Shown here: positions 25,982 through 35,357 of the stretch, piece by piece | Numbering within the stretch: the first letter of the stretch is position 1 | Layout: every line of letters starts with the position of its first letter | Source of the DNA: Alistipes sp. | Lineage (GTDB): Bacteria > Bacteroidota > Bacteroidia > Bacteroidales > Rikenellaceae | Length of the DNA: 40,997 bases | Reading direction: 5' to 3' | NCBI GenBank assembly: GCA_045632505.1 | Contig: JAZQWU010000218.1 | Coordinates: 1 to 40,997, forward strand | Program-made: the position numbers and the translations under genes | The notes under the pieces: generated by a model | What the model was told of the DNA's origin: nothing | The model's database searches: none | What the model saw: the letters and a program-made list of their open reading frames with translations, nothing else

Positions 25982-27442
25982 ATGGGTGCATTCCGCGAAA
26001 ATCTAACAACTCGTATCGCAAAGATACCTATGGCAATGGTTGTTGTGCCATTTGCCATAGGTATCTTTTTTGCTGAGGCGGTGGTGGTGCCGATGTGGTT
26101 GCTACTGCTCTGCTCGGTTGTCGCGCTTGTGGGGGTTATTGCCCTTGCGAAGTGGTGGCAAAACGTAGCACTCTTCACGCTGATTTTCGCAATTGGAGCG
26201 TTGCTCCACTCCTTCTCCTATCGCGGAGAGGTGGAGTACAACCGCCCACTCGAGATGTTACTCAAGGTGGAAACCTCCTCCGTTGTGCGAAAAGGTTATA
26301 CCTCTGCCAATGCCGAGATTGAGGCGTGCGAAGCCGCATCCCCTTCGGGGCGCAAGGTTGTCGTTTGGGGCGATTCACTCATACGACTTCGAGCAGGCGA
26401 TCGTCTACACCTCACAACCTCGATACATCCATTTCGTGCCGAGCGTGAACAGTATGCCGAGCTGATGCATCATCGTGGTTTTGTAGGGTCGGTGTCGGTG
26501 AATCATCGCGCCACCTACGAATATATCCCAGCCGAGCGACAATCCCTCCACGATTGGGCGGTCGAACGACTGCAAACGTCTATGTGTGAGGGTGATGCGC
26601 GAGCCGTAGTGTTGGCTATGACTACGGGCGAGAGGGGCGAAATCGGCGACACCCTGCGCCAAGAGTATTCGGCAAGTGGCGCATCCCATCTCCTTGCCGT
26701 ATCGGGCTTGCATATCGGCATCGCTTTTATGTTGATTAACCTGTTGCTCTTTCCGCTGGTGCTGCTGCGCTACGGAAATGTTGTGCGTTCGATATTGGCG
26801 GTTGCGCTGATTTGGCTCTATGTGTGGCTCTGCGGTATGTCGCCAAGTGCGGTGCGTTCCGCCATAATGTTCTCGTTGTTGCAATTTTCGCTCTCCTCGA
26901 TGCGCGAATATGTGAGCATCAACGTACTCGCTGGTGCGGCATTTATGATGCTCGCCTTTGACTCGCACCAACTCTTCGACATCTCGTTCCAACTCTCGTT
27001 TGTAGCGGTTGCTGCCATTGTCTTGTGGGCAATGCCGATATACCGACTCTGCGCTACTCGTTTCAAGGTGATAAATGCACTTGTTGGCCTTATGCTTGTT
27101 GGTGTAGCCTCTACTATAGCAACAATGCCTTTGGTCTCAAATACATTCTCCACCATTTCGACGGTCGGCATAGCCCTAAATATTGTGGTTATCTTCCTCG
27201 CCAATATCATCGTATTTTGTGGCGTTTTGGCGCTCGTAATTCCACCGCTTGCCATCGTTGCCGAATTTGCGGCAAAGGTTCAGAATCAGTTGGTTGCGTG
27301 GGCATCGTCATTGCCGTACGGACATTTCGATATCCACATCTCGGACACTGCGATGTGGGGCATATATCTGCTATTTGCGGTCGCGACATTGTTAATTTGG
27401 TTGCGACCAAAACGCGAAAAGATGCCGAAAATTGAGGGATAA
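25982..27442 (+). CDS. comEC: ComEC/Rec2 family competence (DNA uptake channel) protein
   Basis: SGASHLLAVSGLHIG, SPSAVRSAIM and DISFQLSF motifs; many TM helices; no C-terminal metallo-beta-lactamase domain. Confidence 0.92.
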   Translation: MGAFRENLTTRIAKIPMAMVVVPFAIGIFFAEAVVVPMWLLLLCSVVALVGVIALAKWWQNVALFTLIFAIGALLHSFSYRGEVEYNRPLEMLLKVETSSVVRKGYTSANAEIEACEAASPSGRKVVVWGDSLIRLRAGDRLHLTTSIHPFRAEREQYAELMHHRGFVGSVSVNHRATYEYIPAERQSLHDWAVERLQTSMCEGDARAVVLAMTTGERGEIGDTLRQEYSASGASHLLAVSGLHIGIAFMLINLLLFPLVLLRYGNVVRSILAVALIWLYVWLCGMSPSAVRSAIMFSLLQFSLSSMREYVSINVLAGAAFMMLAFDSHQLFDISFQLSFVAVAAIVLWAMPIYRLCATRFKVINALVGLMLVGVASTIATMPLVSNTFSTISTVGIALNIVVIFLANIIVFCGVLALVIPPLAIVAEFAAKVQNQLVAWASSLPYGHFDIHISDTAMWGIYLLFAVATLLIWLRPKREKMPKIEG

Positions 27443-27459
27443 TTACTATCTTTGCAAAT

Positions 27460-28617
27460 ATGTTTACATCAGAGGAGTTTTCAATACTGCGTAGCGAGGA
27501 GGTCTACGAGGCTGTCAAGGCTAATATCGAGCGTAAACCGACCGATATAGCACTCGATAGGCGCATACCTCACGCCTCGGTCGTAGCCACGCAGGTGAAG
27601 AACTTGCAGAAGTGTCGCACGAAACTCCCATCCTACTTTGCCGTTCAGGCGATAGTGCCAACGCTTGCCTACGAACAGTCGTCGAGCGAGGAGTGTGCCG
27701 TACGTAAACGCCTTAAGGGCGAAAGTGTGCTGGACTTGACTTGCGGATTGGGTGTTGATAGCTTCGCCCTATCAAAGCGTTTCAAACGTGTTGTAACGCT
27801 CGAGCGCAACGAGATGGTTGCCGCGGTGGCACGCGAGAACTTCCGCAGACTCGGAGCAGAGAATATCGAGGTTGTATGTTCCTCTGCCGAGGATTTCCTC
27901 ACCACCTGCACCGAACATTTCGACTGGTGCTTCTCCGATCCCGACCGCCGAGGCGAAAAGGGCGAGAAGCTGGTGCGATTGGAGGATTGCTCACCCAATG
28001 TGGTGGCACTTATGCCGACGTTGCAAAAAATCGCAGACCGAATTTGTATAAAATGTTCGCCTCTTTTCGATGTTGACGAGGCTTTCCGCTTGTTTGGCGA
28101 TTGCACGGTCGAAACGGTATCGCTCGGAGGCGAGGCGAAGGAGGTGAATATCTATATTGACGGCTCTGCATCGTGCCTCAATGCCGTAGCAATCGGTATC
28201 GGCGAGGTGGCGTGCAGCGTTGAGGAGCGCAACTCCGCAAAGTGGAGCGCACAGCCGAGCGATCTCGCGCAATATCGTTACATCACCCTGCCCGACGTGG
28301 CGTTGCAACACGCACGAATGGTGGCGGTGGCGTTCGATGGCAGGTGCGATGTCTGGTCGAACAATGGCGTAGCATTGTCGGTAGAGAAGCCTGAGGGTGT
28401 TTTGGGACGCACCTTCGAGGTGGAGGCAATATATGAACTTGATAGTGCGTTCAAGAAGTTGATGAAGGGGCGCAAGGCGGAGATTTATCGCCGCGACTTC
28501 CCGATGGCAAATGCCGAGATTTGCAAGCGCTATCGTTGCTCCGAAGGTGGCAAGGAGAAGTGGTGCTTCACACGCATTGGAGATAGATTTTTGAGTATAA
28601 AACTCAAAAACCTGTAA
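27460..28617 (+). CDS. Class I SAM-dependent methyltransferase with a THUMP-like C-terminus
   Basis: EQSSSE, VLDLTCGLGVDS (SAM motif I), DPDRR and KCSPLFD. Confidence 0.8.
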   Translation: MFTSEEFSILRSEEVYEAVKANIERKPTDIALDRRIPHASVVATQVKNLQKCRTKLPSYFAVQAIVPTLAYEQSSSEECAVRKRLKGESVLDLTCGLGVDSFALSKRFKRVVTLERNEMVAAVARENFRRLGAENIEVVCSSAEDFLTTCTEHFDWCFSDPDRRGEKGEKLVRLEDCSPNVVALMPTLQKIADRICIKCSPLFDVDEAFRLFGDCTVETVSLGGEAKEVNIYIDGSASCLNAVAIGIGEVACSVEERNSAKWSAQPSDLAQYRYITLPDVALQHARMVAVAFDGRCDVWSNNGVALSVEKPEGVLGRTFEVEAIYELDSAFKKLMKGRKAEIYRRDFPMANAEICKRYRCSEGGKEKWCFTRIGDRFLSIKLKNL

Positions 28618-28650
28618 TTGATAATTGACAATTGAAAATTGATAATTAAA
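28616..28650 (+). repeat. Heptamer tandem array (AATTGAN)x4-5
   Basis: AATTGAT AATTGAC AATTGAA AATTGAT AATTAAA. Confidence 0.85.
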
Positions 28651-28664
28651 GGAATTTTTAATTT

Positions 28665-29441
28665 ATGAAAATAGTTGTTGTTGGTAGTGGTAATGTTGCG
28701 GAGTCGTTGGCACAAGCGATAGCCGAAGTCGAGGGCTTGGAGTTAGTGCAGCTCTTTGCTCGTAACGAGGAGCGCGGTCGTAAGGTGGCGGAGTTGGCGA
28801 ATACCGAGTGGAGCAACACCTCGCTTGCCGAGGCGGACTTGTACCTTATCTCGGTGAGCGACAATGCTGTAGCCGATGTTGCTAAGTCGTTGTCCATACC
28901 CGAAGGTGCAGTTGTGGCACATACGGCTGGATGCTGTCCGATTGAGTCTCTCGCGCCACACACACATCGTGCGGTATTCTATCCGTTCCAAACCTTTTCG
29001 GTAGGTCGCAAGGTCGATTTTCAGCAAGGCTACATCTTCGTTGAGGGTGCAACCGACCACGCCTTGCAAGTGGTTGAGAAAGTGGCGCACGCACTCACCA
29101 ACAATGTCCTACCAGCCGATAGCGCACGCCGTGCGGTGATTCATCTCTCGGGCGTTTTTGCTTGCAACTTCGCCAATGCGATGTATGCCAACGCTGCCGA
29201 GGTGCTTGCCGAGGAGGGGCTACCATTTGACATCGTAGCACCCGTGATTGCCGAGACTGCGAAGAAGGTGATCGAATCGAAGAATCCTGCGGCATCGCAG
29301 ACTGGTCCTGCTCGCCGTGGCGACACGCAAACGCTTGAGCGTCATCGCGCTATGCTTAGCAACCGAGAGCGCACAAAAGAGATTTATGACAAAATAAGTG
29401 AAGATATATGGGAGAGAACAAAAACTTTAAAGAGCTTTTAG
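28665..29441 (+). CDS. Rossmann-like/DUF2520 oxidoreductase
   Basis: VVVGSGNVA, HTAG, FYPFQTFS, HLSGVFACNF and QTGPARRGD. Confidence 0.85.
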   Translation: MKIVVVGSGNVAESLAQAIAEVEGLELVQLFARNEERGRKVAELANTEWSNTSLAEADLYLISVSDNAVADVAKSLSIPEGAVVAHTAGCCPIESLAPHTHRAVFYPFQTFSVGRKVDFQQGYIFVEGATDHALQVVEKVAHALTNNVLPADSARRAVIHLSGVFACNFANAMYANAAEVLAEEGLPFDIVAPVIAETAKKVIESKNPAASQTGPARRGDTQTLERHRAMLSNRERTKEIYDKISEDIWERTKTLKSF

Positions 29442-29968
29442 CTGACGTTGAAGCAATCGTCTTTGATGTGGACGGTGTGATGACCGACGGTGGAATTATG
29501 CCTTTGGCGGATGGCGATTTCATTCGCAAGTATAACGCTAAGGATGGTTACGCATTGGCATATGCCGCATCACACGGCTTCAAGATTGGTGTCATCTCGG
29601 GTGGTTTTGGCAAGACTCTGGAGAGCCGTATGAATCGCCTCCACATCGAGCATACCTACCTCGGATGTATGGATAAGATTGCTGCTATCGACGACTTTAT
29701 CGCCAAAACGGGCGTGAAGCGCGAAAACATTGTCTATATGGGCGACGATATTCCCGACTTGGAGGTGTTGCGCTATGTGGGCATTCCAGTCGCTCCGGCA
29801 GATGCTTGCGCCGAGGTGTTGGAGAGCGTGATTTACGTTTCGGAGCATAAGGGCGGTGCTGGTGCTGTGCGCGACATCATTGAGCAGGTTTTGCGCGTGA
29901 AGGGCATCTGGGCGTTGGATTCGAAGGGTGTCATTGCCGACGATTCGAAGTCGGTCGCATCGCGATAG
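29408..29968 (+). CDS. kdsC: KdsC-family HAD phosphatase
   Basis: FDVDGVMTDG, KDG, YMGDDIPD and GGAGAVRDIIE. Confidence 0.85.
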   Translation: MGENKNFKELLADVEAIVFDVDGVMTDGGIMPLADGDFIRKYNAKDGYALAYAASHGFKIGVISGGFGKTLESRMNRLHIEHTYLGCMDKIAAIDDFIAKTGVKRENIVYMGDDIPDLEVLRYVGIPVAPADACAEVLESVIYVSEHKGGAGAVRDIIEQVLRVKGIWALDSKGVIADDSKSVASR

Positions 29969-29969
29969 T

Positions 29970-30437
29970 ATGCAGGAGATAGAGCGCAAATATCTGCTTG
30001 CCAACGAGGCGTGGCGCGACGAGGTATCGTGTTCGATGCGCATTGCACAAGGCTACATCTGCAGTCGTCGTGTCACCGCACGCGTTCGCATCTGCGATGA
30101 GCGAGGCATCCTCACCTTCAAGAGCAAGAGTCGCGATGGTGGATTGAGCCGTTTCGAGTGGGAGCGCGAGATTCCATTGCGCGTGGCAGAGCATCTGCTT
30201 GGTCGCTGCAATGGCGTGGTGGATAAGGTGCGCCATATCGTTGAGTATGAGGCGCATACCTTCGAAATTGACGAGTTCAAGGGCGAGAACGAAGGCTTGA
30301 TAATTGCGGAGGTAGAACTCTCCTCGCACGATGAAAAGGTCTCGTTACCTTCGTGGTGTGGCGATGAGGTTACGGGGGAACGATGTTTTTATAACTCCTT
30401 CCTCTCGAAACATCCGTTCAAGAGTTGGAGAAAATAA
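29970..30437 (+). CDS. CYTH domain protein
   Basis: MQEIERKYL, IAQGY, RVR, EWE, K.R, EID.F and AEVEL. Confidence 0.9.
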   Translation: MQEIERKYLLANEAWRDEVSCSMRIAQGYICSRRVTARVRICDERGILTFKSKSRDGGLSRFEWEREIPLRVAEHLLGRCNGVVDKVRHIVEYEAHTFEIDEFKGENEGLIIAEVELSSHDEKVSLPSWCGDEVTGERCFYNSFLSKHPFKSWRK

Positions 30438-30468
30438 AGAAAGGGTGTCCGCTGGACACCCTTTCTTT
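30436..30468. terminator. Bidirectional intrinsic terminator
   Basis: AAAGAAAGGGTGTCC-GCT-GGACACCCTTTCTTT between convergent genes. Confidence 0.9.
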
Positions 30469-30482
30469 GTATTGTGACGCTC

Positions 30483-31013
30483 CTACTTGTGCCATAGGAT
30501 GCACGCCTCCGAGTCCCACTCTGGGAGTGGCTTTGGCTCGAAGTCGGAGTAGCCGAGCGCGATTACGCACTCTATCTTGCAATTCTCGGGAATGTTGAGG
30601 AACGAACGCAGGTAATCTTCTGCCATCTCGCCCTCAGGCTCTGCCTGGAAGCGCGGACGGTCGCAGGTGTGTACCCAGCACGATGCCATTCCGTGATCTA
30701 CAATCGAGAGTTGCAACATCGTAGCCGAGATAGCGCAGTTCTCGCGCCAGAGGTCGGTCTTGGTGGTGTCGCCCATAACTACGATTGCGGCGGTAGCCTC
30801 GTGGAGGAAGCTCGCTCCGAAGTCGCGCAACGAAGCCATCTTGTCGAGGGTCTCGCGGTCGTCAACAATCAAAAATCGTGTAGTGTGCATATTGCGCGAC
30901 GATGGCGCAGTGAGAGCATCGCGTACAATGTCGGTCAATACCTCGCGTGAAGGCACTTCGGGCAAGAACTTGCGTACGCTGCGGCGTTTAGCCAAAATCT
31001 TCTTTAATTCCAT
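30483..31013 (-). CDS. Nitroreductase family protein
   Basis: RRSVRKF, APSSRN, GMASCWV and IALGY. Confidence 0.9.
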   Translation of the reverse strand: MELKKILAKRRSVRKFLPEVPSREVLTDIVRDALTAPSSRNMHTTRFLIVDDRETLDKMASLRDFGASFLHEATAAIVVMGDTTKTDLWRENCAISATMLQLSIVDHGMASCWVHTCDRPRFQAEPEGEMAEDYLRSFLNIPENCKIECVIALGYSDFEPKPLPEWDSEACILWHK

Positions 31014-31053
31014 AATTCTATCTGTTTTTTGTGATTTTATCGGTTTTGCAATG

Positions 31054-31082
31054 CAAAAATAGTGAAAAATTTACTAAATTTG
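31054..31082. promoter_or_regulatory. Overlapping divergent promoters
   Basis: Minus-strand TATTTTTG (31054-31061) and plus-strand TAAATTTG (31075-31082). Confidence 0.55.
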
Positions 31083-31110
31083 TAACACATTATATATAAA
31101 TAGTCTAGTT

Positions 31111-31959
31111 ATGGAGGGAACAGACAATAAATTTACAATAGCATTAATCTACGATTTTGACGGAACACTCGCTGCTGGCAATATGCAGGAGTACGACTTT
31201 ATACCAGCCATTGGCAAGAGCAACATCGAGTTCTGGAATGAGGCAAACCACCTCGCCGAGGAGCAGGATGCCGACCAGATTCTGACCTATATGGCGGTGA
31301 TGATTCGCGAGGCGCACGCCAAAGGGTTGTCGCTCCGTCGCGAGGCGTTCCAGGAGTCGGGTAAGAAGGTGACACTCTACCCAGGTGTGGAGGAGTGGTT
31401 TGACCGCATCAACGCCTATGCCGAGTCGTGTGGTGTGCAGGTGGTGCACTACATCAACTCGTCGGGCTTGAAGGAGATTATCGAGGGAACATCCATCGCC
31501 GATAAGTTCCGCAAGATATACGCCTGCTCGTTCCTCTACAACGTGGATGGCATCGCCTACTGGCCAGGTGTGGCGGTGAACTACACCAACAAGACGCAGT
31601 TTATCTTCAAGATTAACAAGGGCGTGGAGTCGGTCTACGACACCAAGCAGGTCAATAAGTTTATGGAGGAGAAGCAGCGTCCTGTGCCATTCTCGCGTAT
31701 GATTTATGTGGGTGACGGAACGACCGACATCCCGTGTATGAAGCTGGTGAAGAACTTTGGCGGTCACTCCATTGCGGTCTACAATCCGAAGGATAAGGCG
31801 AAGCGTCGCGAGATGAACACCCTGATTCGCGACAACCGCGTAAATCACGTCTGTCCGGCCGATTACAGCGAGGGCAAGGAGATGGATACGGTGGTCAAGG
31901 CTATTATCGACAAGTGCGTTGCCGACTACAAGCTTTCGCTCTTGGAGGCAGAGAAATAA
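31111..31959 (+). CDS. HAD-superfamily hydrolase
   Basis: YDFDGTL, INSSG, K and YVGDGTTDIPC. Confidence 0.85.
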   Translation: MEGTDNKFTIALIYDFDGTLAAGNMQEYDFIPAIGKSNIEFWNEANHLAEEQDADQILTYMAVMIREAHAKGLSLRREAFQESGKKVTLYPGVEEWFDRINAYAESCGVQVVHYINSSGLKEIIEGTSIADKFRKIYACSFLYNVDGIAYWPGVAVNYTNKTQFIFKINKGVESVYDTKQVNKFMEEKQRPVPFSRMIYVGDGTTDIPCMKLVKNFGGHSIAVYNPKDKAKRREMNTLIRDNRVNHVCPADYSEGKEMDTVVKAIIDKCVADYKLSLLEAEK

Positions 31960-31970
31960 TTGAGAAAGAG

Positions 31971-32115
31971 AGCGCGAAGTTAATATAGCGGCGCCAACCA
32001 AGTTGGCTTTATGGCGGCGGAGTCTAATGACTCCTTTATGACGGCAGAGTCTTGCGACTCTTTTATGGCGCGCGCCAAAGAGGGCTGAAAGCCCGATGCT
32101 ATAAGTTATCGCGCT
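31971..32115 (+). ncRNA. Candidate multibranch structured RNA or REP-like element
   Basis: Outer stems AGCGCGA/TCGCGCT and TATAGC/GCTATA enclose tandem ~27-nt hairpin units plus GGGCT-GAA-AGCCC. Confidence 0.4.
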
Positions 32116-32215
32116 AATGGCTAAAAGCTAATAGCTTAATAATCAATATTTTAAGGGGGGGGGTAATTGCTTCGCAATAAGCCACCCAAATGTTAAACAA
32201 TTAAAAAATACCCTT

Positions 32216-32884
32216 ATGAAAACAATCAAGAAATTCGCGTTGTTGCTCGTGGCGCTCTTTGTGGTGCAGGGGGCGATGGCGCACGAGAGGACAAAGTCGG
32301 TTGTCGAGACCGACTCGACAAAGGTGGTGACCATTGTCAAGACAATTCCGAAATTCACGCCCAAGCACGATATTCGTGTTGGTGTAGGAACTGTGAGTCT
32401 GCCAACGCTTTTGGCGTTGGATGGCGAATGGGGTTATAATGACTATTACCCTAACTTCCGCAAGGATATGCTGTATGCCGACACCTATCTCACACCGCGT
32501 ACCTTTGTGGGTAATTACTCGCTGACCTACACCTACCACGACCGCAAGTGGCTGCAGTATGGTGGTCAGGTGGTCTTTGGTGCTTCGACACGCTCGCGCA
32601 AGGATGCGCAGACTCACAACGAGATTGAGAATCAGAATCTTTACGTCCTCTCGGTGATGCCGACAGTCCGTTTCTCGTGGTTCTATCGCGAGGCGGTGCA
32701 GATGTATTCGTCGGTATCGTTCGGCTTTACCACCGACTTCGAAGATCTCTATATGTGGGGTGATGCTACACTCTTCGGTTGCTCGTTTGGTCGCAACTTC
32801 TTCGGCTTTGCCGAGTTCGGTCTCGGTATGTCTGGTTGGTTGCGTGCTGGCTTTGGTTATCGTTTTAACGCAGTTCAAAAGTAG
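32216..32884 (+). CDS. Outer-membrane beta-barrel protein
   Basis: Signal peptide (AMA|H), alternating amphipathic strands, and C-terminal RAGFGYRF. Confidence 0.75.
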   Translation: MKTIKKFALLLVALFVVQGAMAHERTKSVVETDSTKVVTIVKTIPKFTPKHDIRVGVGTVSLPTLLALDGEWGYNDYYPNFRKDMLYADTYLTPRTFVGNYSLTYTYHDRKWLQYGGQVVFGASTRSRKDAQTHNEIENQNLYVLSVMPTVRFSWFYREAVQMYSSVSFGFTTDFEDLYMWGDATLFGCSFGRNFFGFAEFGLGMSGWLRAGFGYRFNAVQK

Positions 32885-32897
32885 GGAGGGTAGAGTT

Positions 32898-33638
32898 ATG
32901 AAAAAGTATATTTCGATTTTGGCAGTTGTCCTTGTGGCACTTTTTGCAACTTCGTGCGAACTTAGCAGTGGCACAGAGCCTAATCCAAACAAGGCAAACA
33001 CTTTGTTGTGGAACAGGACATCGGATGTGTTCGGTTGTATGACTCGCCATATCCTTGTTGTGGCGCAGTTGAACGATACCTTGCGCGGTGCCGAGTATGG
33101 CAACAAACCATACGGTGGCTACATCCCTACAATCACCGAGTGGGATGGCGCGTACAAGGTGGCGTATGGCTACGAGCGTACCTATACTATAACCACCGCA
33201 GGCAAGCGACTCGACGAGGGTGGCGAGTGGACCGTTGATGTGAAGTATGGCACCTATATGGAACCATACAAACTCGGCACAGTGAAGGGTGTTGAGGGCG
33301 AACCGATGAAGTTTAGCTTCGACTTCGACGATACCTATGCTTACAATTCGCTCTATCGTAGTGCGCTCAAGTCGGATGTTGAGTTGTGGTACAACGCTGA
33401 CAAAGCGTGCCTCGACATCACATTCTCCAATGCGGAGGGTTTCTCGGTGGAGCACTATAGCTCTTCCACGCCAGACTATATCATCGAGTTTAAGACTACT
33501 GAACCGATGGTCTATGAGGCTAACGAGCTCTACTCTGGCGAGGTGAATATCCTCTACAAGGATAATGTTTCTCATACACAGCGAGGTGTGACGGTTGAGA
33601 TATTCAATAAATTTGTTACCTTTGCACCGCTAAATTAG
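32898..33638 (+). CDS. Hypothetical lipoprotein
   Basis: MKKYISILAVVLVALFATSC lipobox at ATG 32898. Confidence 0.75.
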   Translation: MKKYISILAVVLVALFATSCELSSGTEPNPNKANTLLWNRTSDVFGCMTRHILVVAQLNDTLRGAEYGNKPYGGYIPTITEWDGAYKVAYGYERTYTITTAGKRLDEGGEWTVDVKYGTYMEPYKLGTVKGVEGEPMKFSFDFDDTYAYNSLYRSALKSDVELWYNADKACLDITFSNAEGFSVEHYSSSTPDYIIEFKTTEPMVYEANELYSGEVNILYKDNVSHTQRGVTVEIFNKFVTFAPLN

Positions 33639-33639
33639 T

Positions 33640-33754
33640 AATTGAGAATTGAAAATTGAGAATTGACAATTATGGTAAAAACGACTCGTCGTTTTTGAGT
33701 TATTAATAATAAAAATACCTTTAATTGTCAATTGTCAACTATCAATTGTCAATT
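33640..33754. repeat. Inverted heptamer arrays (AATTGAN)4 ... (NTCAATT)4 enclosing a hairpin
   Basis: 33640-33671 versus 33723-33754. Inner AAAAACGA-CTCG-TCGTTTTT at 33677-33696. Confidence 0.8.
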
Positions 33755-33772
33755 AAAGAGCCGAAGGCGAAT

Positions 33773-34351
33773 ATGAACGAGATAATTTTTGCAACAAACA
33801 ATGCCCATAAGTTGGGCGAGGTGCAGGCTCTCTTGGAGGGTAAGTTTGCACTCAAGACATTGCGTGAGTGTGGCATCACCGAGGATATTCCTGAAACTGC
33901 CGAGACCCTCGAGGGCAACGCCCTGCTCAAGGCGCGCTATGTGTATGAGCGCACCGGCGCGGATTGCTTTGCTGACGATACGGGCTTGGAGGTGGATGCT
34001 TTGGGTGGCGCACCGGGTGTTCGCTCGGCACGTTATGCGGGTGATGAGCACGACTTCGATGCTAACAACGCCTTGTTGCTCAAGAATCTCGAGGGTGAGA
34101 CCAATCGCACCGCACGCTTCCGTACGGTTATTGCGTTGATTCTCGATGGCAAGGAGTACTTGTTCGAGGGTATTGTTGAGGGAGCAATCATCGACCATAT
34201 GACTGGCTCGGAGGGCTTTGGCTACGACCCTATGTTCGTTCCCGAGGGCGATACACGCACCTTTGCCGAGATGTCGGCAGATGAGAAGAACGCCATCTCG
34301 CACCGAGGACGCGCCGTGGCGAAACTGGTAGAATTTTTAAGTAATAAATAG
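33773..34351 (+). CDS. rdgB: Non-canonical purine NTP pyrophosphatase (RdgB/HAM1)
   Basis: [29 protein letters not shown] and SHRG. Confidence 0.93.
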   Translation: MNEIIFATNNAHKLGEVQALLEGKFALKTLRECGITEDIPETAETLEGNALLKARYVYERTGADCFADDTGLEVDALGGAPGVRSARYAGDEHDFDANNALLLKNLEGETNRTARFRTVIALILDGKEYLFEGIVEGAIIDHMTGSEGFGYDPMFVPEGDTRTFAEMSADEKNAISHRGRAVAKLVEFLSNK

Positions 34352-34354
34352 AAT

Positions 34355-34957
34355 ATGGCTAATTACGAGCGCGAGGACAAATACGACCTCGAAAAGATTG
34401 AGCAACTGAAATATCACTACCGCGAGGTGTTGCGCCTCCTTGGCGAAGACCCTGAGCGCGAGGGACTTATCAAGACCCCTGAGCGTGTAGCAAAGGCGTG
34501 GTCGTACCTCACAAAGGGCTACGAGCAGGACCCTGTGGCAATTCTCCAGTCGGCAATGTTCAAGGAGGAGTACAAGCAGATGGTTGTAGTGAAGGATATC
34601 GAACTCTTCTCGGTGTGTGAGCATCATATGCTCCCATTCGTGGGCAAGGCGCACGTGGCGTATATCCCTAACGGAACTATCACCGGCTTGTCGAAAATCG
34701 CTCGCGTTGTGGAGTGCTTTGCGCGTCGTTTGCAGGTGCAGGAGCGCCTCACCGTGCAGATTCGTGACTGCATCCAGCAGGCTCTTAACCCTGTGGGCGT
34801 AGCGGTAGTTATCGAGGCATCGCATATGTGTATGCAGATGCGTGGCGTCGAGAAGCAAGGCTCAAAGACTACTACATCGGCATTTACAGGCATATTCCTC
34901 TCCGACCCGCGTACTCGTGAGGAGTTTATGTCGATTATTTCGTCAAAGTTGCAGTAA
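34355..34957 (+). CDS. folE: GTP cyclohydrolase I
   Basis: [27 protein letters not shown] and HMCMQMRG. Confidence 0.97.
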   Translation: MANYEREDKYDLEKIEQLKYHYREVLRLLGEDPEREGLIKTPERVAKAWSYLTKGYEQDPVAILQSAMFKEEYKQMVVVKDIELFSVCEHHMLPFVGKAHVAYIPNGTITGLSKIARVVECFARRLQVQERLTVQIRDCIQQALNPVGVAVVIEASHMCMQMRGVEKQGSKTTTSAFTGIFLSDPRTREEFMSIISSKLQ

Positions 34958-35019
34958 GATCTTCTGGCATCACCACTTACGATTTTTGAAGTAGGTGGTA
35001 TAAAGGCTTTTAACAGCTA

Positions 35020-35056
35020 AAGGGCAAGTAAGGGAGCAAAAACCTTGCTTGCCCTT
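35020..35056 (+). terminator. Hairpin downstream of folE (probable terminator)
   Basis: AAGGGCAAGTAAGG...CCTTGCTTGCCCTT. Confidence 0.55.
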
Positions 35057-35357
35057 ACTCATTACTATTCTATCTTCTCATTTCTCTTTCAACTCTCAAC
35101 TCTCGTCTATATAAGTAAACTTATATCCTCACTAAAAATTTTTTGTAAAACTTTTGCGAATATGGCCCGTCGCCCATCGGCAGAGACCGGCGAGATTCGG
35201 TGCATCTCTTGTTTTTTATGGGTGTCTACTCGAAAAAACTTGATAGTTGCGATAACAACATTAGGATTTATTTTATAACTTTGTGAAAGGAAAATGAGCA
35301 AAATAGATACATCAGTATCATTTCTTTATTAATTTACTAACTTAAAACTTTCTTATT

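Noticed and set aside
31982-32070. Mini-CRISPR interpretation of the 27-nt tandem units
   Set aside because: The constant part is only ~11 nt and the variable parts are self-complementary hairpins, unlike repeat-spacer geometry; no cas genes.
33725-33772. [11 protein letters not shown] extension of RdgB
   Set aside because: Translation of the heptamer repeat; the family start is [10 protein letters not shown] at 33773.
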